Source of the DNA: Octopus vulgaris
Taxonomy: Eukaryota
NCBI GenBank assembly: GCA_951406725.2
Contig: OX597814.1
Span: 127,782,001 to 127,846,000, forward strand
Reading direction: 5' to 3'
DNA: 64,000 nucleotides
The position numbers were made by a program, and so were the translations under genes. Numbering within the stretch: position 1 is the first letter of the stretch; the number at the start of each line of letters is the position of its first letter. Below are positions 36,326 to 48,612 of the stretch, in pieces. Under the pieces are notes generated by a model. That model saw only the letters and a program-made list of their open reading frames with translations. It searched no databases and had not been told where the DNA came from.

Positions 36326-38344
36326 ACACACACACACACACATTTTGCATGTGAGCAAATGAAAACACCTATATGATTGATAATAATGGTAGGGCTATTA
36401 ATTCTTCAGTAGCTTGATAAAGTAATTTCTTATCTCTCAAGGTTTTAAAGTTCCTATGATGTAAGTAACATGCAATTCTTTGATTGCTTTGATATAATGA
36501 TCAGAAAGTCTGTTGTATTCATAGATGTGGCATTGTGCCCCTTGAGCAAAATGCGGTTAAACATATTTTTTATTTCCGTATCCTCTGTGCTATCCCATTG
36601 TAGCTTTATCTACTTCGAGTTTCACCGTATTGAAGTGCAGGTGAGGTGAAGAGATCGATCCGATTCGATATAATACACTGTCTAGAGGTTTCATTGCCAG
36701 AAGATGCTCACTTTGCCGACATGCTGAAATAAAGAATATAATCAAATGATTATGTACGTATATCCTATAGTAAAAGTTTAATTATTGTTATTTCTGTATC
36801 ATATAATGGTTAGGACTCTATCGTGTTTACAGAGTATGTGGGTTCATGTTCCACAGGCAGCCTTCGATTTTTTTTGGCAGAGGTAAAGTATACGTACACC
36901 ACCCGTTTTTGGCTTAACAAAACTCCTAACCCTACTTGTAACCATAAACCTAGATACCGAGTGTACATATTCTTTACTTTTGCCTTTTTCTTTTTACTTC
37001 TTAATTTGAAAACCAAGAAATAAAAGTAACAGGTTTCATTTCTTCAAATAGAACACTACGTCATATGAACTAGATTAAAAAGAGCGCGAAATCTACAGAC
37101 ACTTAGTCATTGAGTCGGAGAGGTAATATTACTGTGACGAAAGCAGTAATTTCTTAGTGAAATCCGTGTATCATTTGTGAGCATATATTTATATATATAG
37201 TTGTGTGTGTATATATATATATATATAAAACTATAAATTGCCATCTTTATTTTGACCATATCGCGCTCGAAGATGCTAGACGGGCAATTTAACCTGGTCT
37301 TGTACATACGTATATATATATGTATGTTTGCGCGTTCGTATAAGTAAGTATAACGTATGTTCTGTATATATGTATCTGTATTTATGTGCCTATCTGGTAT
37401 ATTCAACCGAAGAAAGCAGGGCTTCTCTGAAGCAAAGTCAGAAACCCAGGATCTTGAATTATCCAGTAAAATATTTTTTGCTAGTTTATTTTGTCTCCCC
37501 TGGCGTGATATGGACATTTAAGGTGGTTTTAGGGTCAGGGTTTTGACTGCTATTTCAGCATGTTGGTATCTCTCAGATATCCTAATTTATAGTTTTAAAT
37601 AATTATTACCTTTGTATGGTATTTATTCCCATGCTGGCCACTTGATAAGATCGATATTATCCTTATTTATAAATTTATATATATATTTTCCCATGTTTCT
37701 AGAAGCTGGAAATATTTCATAGATTTCATCAGCAACAACTTGTAAGTTATGCGGCTTAATTCTGACCATTTAGATTTGTTGATTTCCGATTAAAAATGAG
37801 AAAAAATAAAATTGAAGGTGTAAAAAAAAAAAGGAAAGGTATTTTGGCTAAAAGTGGAAGTAAAAAAGTATTTTTTATAACGCTATAAACATATCGATCA
37901 CTGGTTTTTAATCATGTTCTGAACCTTTATTGCTTGGTATTATAAAAGACATTTGCCCAAGGTACCATACGATTGGGAGGCAAACTTCTTAACCATACTG
38001 CCACGCCTACACGTACACACACATACGGCTATGTATATTAAACAATTTTCGCGACGATGTGGTTTCTGATTCAGTTCTACTACATTTTACTTTCGACATG
38101 TGTCTCTCGTAAGTCCCTGGCCGACCAAACGAATTTAGTTGACGGAAACTCATATGTATGTGTATGTCTTAGTGTTTGTTTTTCCACCGCTCAACAACTG
38201 TTGTTAGTTTTGTTACGTTCCCATAGTTTAGCTGATAGAATAAGTACTAAAAAATTAAAAAAAAAAGTACTGAAATCGATTTAACACTTTATAGCAGTGT
38301 CGTACGCAACGTGGCCGTAGTCTATTGACTAAAACTAGTAAAGA

Positions 38345-38520
38345 GTTTTGGTTTCAAATTTTTGCACATGGCCAGCAGTTACGGGGGAGAGGTTAAGTTG
38401 ATTACATCGACTCCAGTGTTCAACTAGTACTTATTTCATCGACCCCGAAAGGGTGAAAGGCAAAGTCGACTTTGGCGGAATTTGAAATCAGAACGTAAAG
38501 ACGGACAAAATACCACCCGA
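38345..38520 (-). mobile_element. Deu/Nin-like SINE monomer
   Basis: tcgaccccgaaagggtgaaaggcaaagtcgac core, reverse orientation. Confidence 0.75.
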
Positions 38521-39354
38521 TGTATTACCAGTCCTCTATAAGGAATATTTACAAAGTTCGAAAGCACTTTGTGAGTGAAAAAAATGAAACATTACTGAAT
38601 CAAAGCGTAAGGTAAACAAATTAACGTTAACAATTAGCGATACTTGTAAAATTTATTATTAAAGCAGCAACATTTCTTCTGGTTTTTAACGTTCTGATTT
38701 GAAATCACCCGGAGTTCGATTTTGCCTGTCATCTTTTTGAGGGTCGATAAAATAAAGTGCCAACCATGTGATCGACGTACCCCTCTCTCTTAAATTGCTG
38801 ACCCTGTCCCCAAACTGCAAAGAATTATTATTAAGCGATCTTTGGTTTTAGGAACACACAATTTACAAGATTGCTAATGAAACCCCCCCAAAAAACCGGG
38901 AAAAATAGAATTGGGGGCGGGTCTACAGTAAGTGAAACGAACTGCTAAATGTATTAAATGTCGTTATTACGTTTCCCTATTTAATACTGAAAAACTTATG
39001 CCACCGTCGTAAAAAAAGGCTTCTTCAGGATTTGCTGGGGTGACTCTATTCCCGATGCACCATGCAGTTATAGAGAAGAAATTATTGAAATTAATCATTA
39101 GTCGTTTTGCCCCATTTTAGACATGTTTTGAAAATGGAAAATCTAAGAAAATTGTCAAGATGTTACATTAAATGTAACAGTACAATCTCTCTCTCTCTCT
39201 CTTACACCCCCCCCCCTTCACACACACACATATATATATATATATGTGTAACCTGCGATTTTTAGTTTCATTTTATCAAATGCGACCCAACGTTAAATGT
39301 CTTCCTCCTATAGAGGAAAGTCCACAAGCAAGGTAACTTGATTGCTATAGCAAT

Positions 39355-39634
39355 ATATGATCTGAGAATTTTACTTGTTTTCTTTACTCTTGTTTGTTTA
39401 AGCTCCTTGATATTGAATTAATAGATTTGAGGGTGTTATATATATATAAACTTTCCTATTGAGGCACAGTAAAATCATATCACGCTCTTGATTGACATGG
39501 CAATTTGTGTATGATATGAGAATTTTACTTTGTTTAAAGCTCATCATTTTTGAATTGGTATAATTGAGGGTGTTATATACATATCAAAACTTTTCTATGA
39601 GGCACGATATAATCATATCGAATTAATCACGCTC
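39355..39634. repeat. Diverged ~130-bp direct tandem duplication
   Basis: tgagaattttactt...ttgagggtgttatata...tgaggcac...aatcatatc...cacgctc occurs twice. Confidence 0.75.
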
Positions 39635-40093
39635 ACATACGTGTTTATATTTTGTGCTTACTTCGAGAGCTTAGGTTTAGATTTTGTTTACTTCCGTATT
39701 GTGCAAGCATGTTCACTTGTTTTTTTGTATTTATATATTCAGCACAAAATGCAACAAAAACACTACTTTTAATGTATCAACACAGAATATAACACTCAAA
39801 ACATAACTCTCCAGTAAAGGCAAAGAAATGAATGTGCTTTTGAAATGCTTCTAATTTATCTTTTAAAAAAGAAAAAAAAAAATGAACGTAGAATCTTTGG
39901 CGGAATTCTGGTTTAAGCACGGTTGTAAAATTTTTTATTTTTTGTGATTTTCCGAAAATTCTTGCTAATTTTCGTTCTACACGTCGGAATTCACGATTAT
40001 AAAGAAAAAAAATATTCTGAATTTTTTACCCACCGCTCATAAATCCTAAAATTTCCACTCTTTTTCAATTTATTTTTTAAAATCAGTTTGAAA

Positions 40094-40572
40094 GGGTCTA
40101 ATGCACTTTCGCACCTCACCTTGAAAAATGCATTTTTTTGAAAAAAATTTTTTTACCCCCCCCAATTTAAATTTTAGATTTTGTTTACTTTAAAGAGATC
40201 GTAGCGAATTGACGAACGAATGCAAATCGAAATTAAATATAGACAAAAACATTAATGTGAAATGAATTTGCGTTTTACTTGTGTTTGCCTTAAATAATCG
40301 TAAATATTATGTAAATTAAATATACATCATTTTATGAGAAACAAACATTAATATTTAATAATTAATGTTATGAAGTTTAATAAGAGATTCAAATTTCACC
40401 TCCTCCCCCCCAATTTTAAACTTTGAACTTTTTCAATGGGAGTGGGAAATGGTGGGGGTAATTTTTTTTTTTGCATAATCGTAATTTCCGATATTTAAAA
40501 CGTAGGAATCTAGAAAAATTTTTTTCAAAAAGATGCCTTTTTCAAGAAGAGGTGCGAAACTGCATTAGCCCC
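40094..40572. mobile_element. MITE with ~55-bp imperfect TIRs
   Basis: gggtctaatgcactttcgcacctcaccttgaaaaatgcat versus atgccttttcaagaagaggtgcgaaactgcattagcccc. Confidence 0.7.
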
Positions 40573-41741
40573 GTTTGAAATACGGACAGTACGAATTTTT
40601 TAAAACTTAAATCCCAGCAGTGGACCATCCTTGGGTGCATCAACGTTCCATTAAATGTGTTTATGGGTAGAAAAATATTGAAAAACTTCAATATATGTTA
40701 GAGTGACAAAGAAACGAGGACGGTATCAGGTGGTCGTGAGATGCACTAAAACAGCTAAATCGCCCTTAAATCATACCAAAATTCAAAATTACCCCGAACC
40801 TTTTTTTTTTTAAACCTCCGTATGACATCACATCAAACGTATTTATTGCACCCTGACAAAAAATCGCCAAACTTCCCTTTTACTATTTGCTCCATTATTT
40901 TTTGTTCAAATTAGACGATTAATACATTGTCTTTAAAATACTAAGTTGTTTCATATTTACAAGAATTACTTAATATCAACATGACGCTAAAAAAAATCAG
41001 GTAAGTTAATCTGTTAAGATATTCGTGTATCTTATCTGTTGGAATTTAGTTAAACGAGAGATTAGCAAGAGGCAATTCTCCGATGAAGACTTAAATTAGT
41101 CTAAGGGCCATTTCATACATGTGGTACAGGCATTACGTATGAGTTTCAACAGTCTTTTAACAAGTTTCAACTCGAAGCGTGCGCAGGTGACAGGTTTGCA
41201 CACTCGCAATGGCCTGCAGGTAGAACACGAAATACGGTGGGATAAGAGTAGTAATTTTTTAGGTTACTGAAATGTACTTCTGTAATTTCATTCACATTAA
41301 GAATCTTTATAGAAATATACTATACTTGTACACCTGTCCTCACTTAGTTTTAACTCCCTAAGTGTCAGATCTCAGAGGCCACTTCAAATAAAGCACCAAC
41401 CTGAGATGTTATAAATAAGCATTGCATTTTGTAATAAAACTGATTTATTTTATCTTAAAGTATTATTGAATGGATTTCATCGTCTCTGGAAGTATGTATG
41501 TCATAATTTCATAATTATCTTTGATTGGATTTAAACTGTTTTGTAACGATTTATAACTTAATATTGTCTGATTTCCGAGTCGTCCGACATAGCATTCTCA
41601 ATAATGCAAACTTTTAAATTAAATTTTACAGTTTCGTAGGTGTTAATGACATTTGTAGTCATTAAATTATGAAAAGAAAAAAACAAACAAAAAAGATTTT
41701 TTTTATGCAGAAAAAAAAAGTTCATGCCGTTTGAAAATTTT

Positions 41742-42073
41742 GGATAGCTACTCAAGTGTAACTCCATCCCAGCTTTGATTCCTCATAAATTTCAGAATAA
41801 CGGATATTTTTTTATGAATTTTTTCTACTAATACCCTTCAGATTGTGTAGGAATTTATCGGAATTTAATTTAAAAACCAAGGGGGGGGGGGGTGTAGGCG
41901 AGATAGTTCATGTACCTCGCTCCCTCCCCAACCCCAACAAATTCTGATGCAATCGTGATCTATACCATCTGGAAAAGTATTTGTAGGAAATTTCATAAAA
42001 AAAATATCAATTTTTTTATTAGAAAGTTATGAGGGAACAATATCGGTCGAGGGAGGACACTTGTAGTTGCGCC
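41742..42073. mobile_element. Fold-back MITE with ~110-bp imperfect TIRs; related arms at ~45512-45620 and ~46490-46590
   Basis: ctactcaagtgt...ttcctcataa...aatacccttcagattgtgtag versus ctataccatctggaaaagtatt...ttatgagggaa...acacttgtag. Confidence 0.65.
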
Positions 42074-43614
42074 AATATTTTTTTCATCGTACCTTCCAGT
42101 TTCCTGTTGATAATATCAATAAGAATATGTCATAAATATTTTTTTACATTGTGCATTGATCAGGAGCAAGTTATCAAATGATTATAAGGGTATTGATTTC
42201 CATTTTTTTTTTCGGATATCCCATATCCTTATTAAGGATGGGCTGCTCGACCCGAAGAAAATTCGGTAAAAATTTTACCGAAAATTCTAACTAGGCCCTA
42301 TCTGCAAAATCATGCGCTGTTTAATCTTGATATGAAGTCACCAATATGCATTATTGAGATGGCTTGTATTGCCATCAGTTATAAAGCCTCGATTTCTCCG
42401 CTTCACACACACACTTAATTTCACAATGGAAAAATAAATAGGTTGACTGGTTTTTTTGTAAATGCAAAAATATGCATTATTGATAAAGTTACGAAGAAAC
42501 AAAGTTCTGGGATGGAGAAAGAGCACTAAACTGTAATTGGCATTCTTTCGATAAAGATATGACATGAACGAAAGAATGCCAAATCATTTAGAGAAATAGC
42601 GTTAAAAATTAGCTTTATGAAATAGCTGAAAAATTTTTTAAAAGTGAAGTTTCTTAACACTAAAACCTTGCTCTCTTAATAATGAATGCATTTTTTAAGA
42701 TGCTCGAAGCAATTGGCCAACTATTTTCCATTTGAGAATTATCTGTTTTGAAAATTTCTTTTCTTCTTTTCCTTTTAAGAAAATAGAAAATTATTAAAGT
42801 TAATGATAAACATCAGGTCTTCATTAATGTAATTTATAGTAATTTTTACTAAAAATATATTTAAAAAAATTACGTGAAAGTGAAAGTTTTTTTAAATACA
42901 AAAACGGGTTTTTCCCAAAAAGAAAAAGAAAAATCTAGAAAAGGTGTTGGCTTTCTACTATGAAATATCCAGTGTTACGTTGTCATTATGGCTGTTAGAT
43001 CTATCAAATATATTTCTGATCAACATACATGGAATACGATTAACTGCAAGTACACGAAGCAATTAATTTTTCTGCAAAACTATAGCTTACATTGCCTTCG
43101 ACATTTTTTTCTCCCAGAGAAGACGTAAATATTTTTGAAACCTAGGAAACAGATTCTACTTTGAACGAGGTAAGCATAGTTGTCCTTCGATTTATATGGA
43201 TGATTGATTCCACGAGTAAATCAAAAAGCGTATGAGACGAAGGAGATCCGTTTTTAATGATACTAAAAGAACAAAATTTAAGCAATAGTTTATTGAAATA
43301 GATATAATATGGCGCACACACAGGATATGATTACAATATCTGTTTGTGTGTGTGTGCATATATTTATAGGTACAGTATTATGTTAGTATCCATACAGTGG
43401 AACGTCGGTTTACGAATTTTATTCATTCCTGAGGGCCGTTCGTCACCCGAAATGTTCGTAAACCGATTTTTTTCGTGATGAAAGGAGTTTGCAAACGGCG
43501 ATTTCATTGTATAAATATTCCATTTTTCTCTCTTCTCCCCACTCTCACTCTTCTTTTTTATTCCCTTTTCAACATACTTGAAGCAGTTGATCTGTGTAAC
43601 TTTATGCAATGAAG

Positions 43615-43691
43615 TATTCCCTGACGAAGTTGTGGTTCAGCATCCAACCGCACTTTGAATAACTGCAATGGTGAAACGTACGTAGGGAATA
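43615..43691 (+). ncRNA. Type I hammerhead ribozyme motif with intact core letters
   Basis: tattcc-CTGACGA-stem II (ttgtggtt/aactgcaa)-GAAAC-gtac-GTA-gggaata. Confidence 0.7.
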
Positions 43692-43917
43692 ATTGTTATA
43701 AACTGTATCTTGTATTCACCATGATTATATATATAGGAGAGGAAAAAATAATAAGGCAGAATGCTAAACTGAAAGTAAATTTTAATAAAAATGGGTGTAT
43801 GAAAAATTAAAAAAAGAAATATATATGTCTGTAAGTGTAATATGTGACAATTATTTGGTAGCCATGATAAAACTCCGAGTTTCGGATGCCGAGGTGTCTT
43901 ACCATTTTTATCAATAT

Positions 43918-44906
43918 ACTAGCAGTATCGCCCGGCGTTGCTCGGGTTTGTAAGGGAAATAACTATATAAGCATTTTTAGAGAGTTACTTCCCTTATAAA
44001 TTCGGGCTTTCTTAGCCATTTAAACTCTAGTTGTGTGAGTGTCTGTCCCCTTCGATTTAGATTCCTAACTCCTCCCACATTTTGCGGTGCAGTTTAACCA
44101 AATTCGGGTATCTTATAGTCGTGATTCATATCGAGCCCGTCTGACTATTAGCGCGCGTCAACGATGAGTCTACGATTTTAAAAATAATTTAACATCATTT
44201 TTTATTCCATTTTAATGCATAAAATGCATCGTGTGTCGATGGCGGCGGAGTTGGCGTCCACGCTCACAGCTGCACCTGTTTGCTTCTCCCCCTTCCCTCC
44301 CTCGTGAAGCTGTGGGGAAGGGAGTGTAAAGAAATCAACGTCGTAATGCGTTGTGAAGGAAACCAGCGTTCTTTTAGAACAACGACTTCATGGCTTGAAG
44401 ACACCAAAACAAAAATGGCTAAGAAAGCCCGAATTTATAAGGGAAGTAACTCTCTAAAAATGCTTATATAGTTATTTCCCTTACAAACCCGAGCAATGCC
44501 GGGCGATACTGCTAGTCTTTATATATAAAAGTAAGGTTGTGTGTCTGTCTACTCCGATTTAGATTCCTAACTACTCCCACATTTTGCTGTGCAGTTTAAC
44601 CAAAACCGGGTATCTTATAGTCGTGATTCATATCGAGCCCTTCTGGGTATTAGCGCGCGTCTACGATGAGTCTACGATTTTAAAAATAATTTACCATTTT
44701 TTTTCCATTTTAATGCATATTTTTTTAAATATAAGGGAAGTAACTCTCTAGAAATGTCTACGATGAGTCAACGATTTAAAAAAAAATTACCATCATTTTT
44801 TTTTCCATTTTTAATGCATATTTTTGCTATTTTTTGGCTATAACTCTAAAAATGCTTTGTAGTTATTTCCCTTACAAACCCGAGCAACGCCGGGCGATAC
44901 TGCTAG
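43918..44906 (+). mobile_element. Non-autonomous Helitron: two head-to-tail copies preceded by an inverted 3' end
   Basis: 3' ends cccgagcaacgccgggcgatactgCTAG at 44515 and 44906; TC start at 44516; 43918-44021 is the reverse complement of 44413-44516. Confidence 0.8.
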
Positions 44907-47180
44907 TTGTTTATAATTCGACATAGCTCTGAATGCTATACTTATGCCAGAAACATGTAAGCCAATGAAGTTGGATGCGTAATTTCTATTCCCTCGTCAT
45001 TCAATAAATGCATATAACGCTCTATACTCGCCCCACTCTTTATTCTGAAGGATATATATGTTGAGTTTTAACTACAGTTGGTTAGTATCCATAATGCCTG
45101 AACAAAATCGTGTGTATATTATGTGCGTGTGTGTCTGATTAAAAAAAAATTATTGTTTGTAATTGTTCCAACAGTTTATAATAAACTGTTTAGTAGCTTC
45201 TATAGGAAGTCGATTTAATAAACCATTTCTAAAAATCTACTCTATTGGCAATTGACACTTGTTCAATTTCAAATGCATTTTAAATATAATCAACTTAAAC
45301 GTTAGTGATAATTCTATATGCATAAAGTACTAAAAATAAATCGACAAAATCGAAAATCATTGATTTCAATCGTGAAGTCGAGGAACGTGTAAACCGAGGA
45401 ACAGTTGTAGTTTCATATCCATGGGGCCCTGGAAACGAGGAAGTGCCATTATTTATTAAGTTGGCACAAAAAGCTTTGGAGTTATTGGAGAGTGGTCAAC
45501 TATGAAATCAGGTATAACTACACAAGTCTCCTCCCCATCTTTGTTCCTCATAATTTTCTGGAAAATCGATATTTTGTAATGAAATTTTTTGTAAATACCT
45601 TTCAAGATGGTATAGATTTCGATCATCGGAATTTGTTACGAAATGTATTTTAAGGAGTTTGGACGAGTTTCGGGTTATGCACACCCCTCGGCTTTATTTT
45701 CTCATACGTTTTGATGATATAGAATTACACTTATGTTTAAAAAATTACTTTTTTTAAGGATTATTCCACTCTTCAGGAATTTATCGTATGAATATATAAA
45801 TAAATAAAAGAAAATTTCCTGGTCTTTGCCATTCAAAACACTATACCTACAAATTCCGCCAATTAAAGAAAAAGAAAATACCATTATCGCTATAAAATTT
45901 GATTTTATTAAAATATTTCATTTAACTAATTCTAGAAGGGTCTTCGGTCGACCAAGACCTTGTGAATGGATTTGGTAGACAGAAGCTGAAAGAAGTACGT
46001 CATCTATATATCTCAACCAATCAACATGTAACTCCCTTAATGTCCTTCCGCCCTGATATTTCACTCAAGATATTCAAAATGCAAACTTATTTTATCTTAT
46101 GTTTTGTAATTTGTTTTTTTAGTGTAAACTGAAACAATTGTAGGCAATGTTAATTAATTAATAAATTAATTTATATTCATTATATCTCTCCATTTTCTTA
46201 CTTAATAAAATATATATAGTGTGTGTGTATGTATGTTTCTTTGTGTCTATGTTTTTCCCTACTCCACCAGTTGATAACCGGTGCTGGTGTGTTTACGTCC
46301 CTGTAACTTAACAGTTCGGCAAAAGAGACCGATAGAACAAGTACCAGGCTTTGAGAAAAAATAAGTACTAAACATTTTTCAAGGCGGTGCCCCAGCATAG
46401 CCAGTCTAGACTGAAACAGATAAGACAAAAGAAAACATGAAGAAACCTATTTTTTCCCTTTTTCTCGTATTAAATCCTAATATGACAATAATGTACACCA
46501 TCTGAAGGGTATTTGTAGAGAATTTCATTAAAAAAATACGCTTCCTTCTGGAAGTTATAAAGAAACGAGTCGGGTGGGTATGTACACCCCAACAATAAAG
46601 CTGATTCTAACAGAATTAATAATCACTGATCCGACCTTGTTAAAAAAGAAAGGAAAGACCTTACAATAAGGGGCAACAATCAATAATTATGAACGGTTTG
46701 AAATAACTTAAGACAGCTTTGTAATAGGAAGTCGGGTTATTTTTCGTGTCATAATGTAATCTCAGTAGTGTTTTAAATTGATTTGATAAACGCTTCACTA
46801 TATATTTACCTTTAGCAGTTGAAACATGTTACAAACTAACCTAAATTCTGCTCATACCTAAACACTGCTTTGCGCCCATGCTCCTAAAAAAAACATATAT
46901 GTAATTGTAAAGCAATGGCTTTTTTTTTTGCTACCATAAAACTCTGCTAAGTGTATTGCGGGTTTATTAGGTCCATACTGTCATTAACGTGTGTTAACAG
47001 TGCTTAAATTTCATTTATATAGATTGTATAAAAGCACCAGGCGTATTATAAAATGCTATCTGTGTTGTTTTCATCGCATGAAACAATTCAGTAGCTCATT
47101 ATTCATTAAACAATATTTATCTCTCACCTGATTGGGTACTTCTTTTTTGTTGACCTCACCTTCACGGAAGTGTGTGTGTG

Positions 47181-47239
<59 letters not shown>

Positions 47240-48129
47240 TCTAATATAGGATAAAATTTTTCGAAAAAAAATTTATCAATGGCCAGCATATTAAAAAATA
47301 CCTTTAAAGGTTAAATTTATAAATAACTTATAAAATATAACATATATATATCTAGTGCCTGATCAATTGGTGTTTTTGAATGGCCAATGTGTGTTTTCCA
47401 TGCTGTAATTGTTATGTATATTGTTCGTAATCTTTCGAACTTTGTACATATAAGACGATGTCAGACGGAAAGTAAATTATTGAAAAATTAAGGTAAACTT
47501 AATGATCACTAATCTTCGACAATAATCACCATCGTGTAAAACGTTTGATTGATTATTTAAAAAAAATTAATTATCTGAAATATAATTATACAGTATAGCA
47601 ATGTATTACACGCACACACATATATTTTTGTCTATACATGCGCATGTATGTATATCTTTATCTCCACGCATGTCGACTCAACATTTTTTATCCTCTGCTT
47701 ACCTAATTAGATCGCTTAAACCACATTTATCAATTTACATATACTGATGATTTAATGCAGAGTAAAACTAGTGGTTATGCAAATATTTTGTGATATATCT
47801 TTTACGGACAATTCACGAGCGGCAAGTTTTTTGTTTCAGAATTTTCAGTCTATCTCTCTCTCACCTGTGTGTGTTTATCCCCTTCACCGCTTGACAATTG
47901 GTATTGGTTTAGTTACATTCCCACATAACTTAGCGGTTCGGCAAAAGTGATGATGAAATAAGTACCATGCTTTAAAAAATAAGTACTGGGATCGATTTGT
48001 TCGACTATAAAAGCACTTCAAGTCGATGCCCAAGCATAGTCGCAGGCTAATAACTGAAACCAGTAAATGAGGAAAACGGGTGGTTATGTATCTTTTACGA
48101 ACAGTTCATGAGCTACAATATTTCGAAAA

Positions 48130-48612
48130 TGTTTAATACATAAAGCGCGACGGGCCACGATCGTGGCCGTCAGGTACAGGTCGACAGGCCACGATCGTGG
48201 CACACAGATAGATGCATTTAGTTTATGGCCGTTTGTTAGGGGTCTAATGTCACTCAAACGCTCCGATAGCCTTCAACTAACACTATTTCCTCCGAGACCC
48301 TGCGGCGAAAGTTGACCAAAATTGAGAGTATGATAGAAGAAGGCTTGCTCTTCCTTCCGTAGAAGAAAAATTCAAATCGGACCATGTTAAGACCAAAAAT
48401 TATTTACATCAAAAAGGTGCATTTTTTCTATGAAAATCCCTATTTTTTACGATTTTTTAAACTGTTGTGTCGCCATTTTTCGGTGTATTTCAACCAGAAA
48501 AATGTTCACTTGAAGAGAATAACAAGCTACATAATGCAAAATTTTTACTTTTCAAAAATTCCAATTCTAAAGGGTCGAAACAAACCCGAGCAACGCCGGG
48601 CGATACTGCTAG
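48130..48612 (+). mobile_element. Non-autonomous Helitron, different body, same 3' end
   Basis: Ends acaaacccgagcaacgccgggcgatactgCTAG followed by T; 5' part has two gccacgatcgtggc palindromes. Confidence 0.7.

Noticed and set aside
41078-41105. CCGATGA-AGACT-taaatt-AGTCT hammerhead-like start
   Set aside because: No GAAA, stem III or stem I follows; insufficient support.
42260-42286. Short palindrome ttcggtaaaaattttaccgaa
   Set aside because: Isolated and AT-rich with no supporting context.
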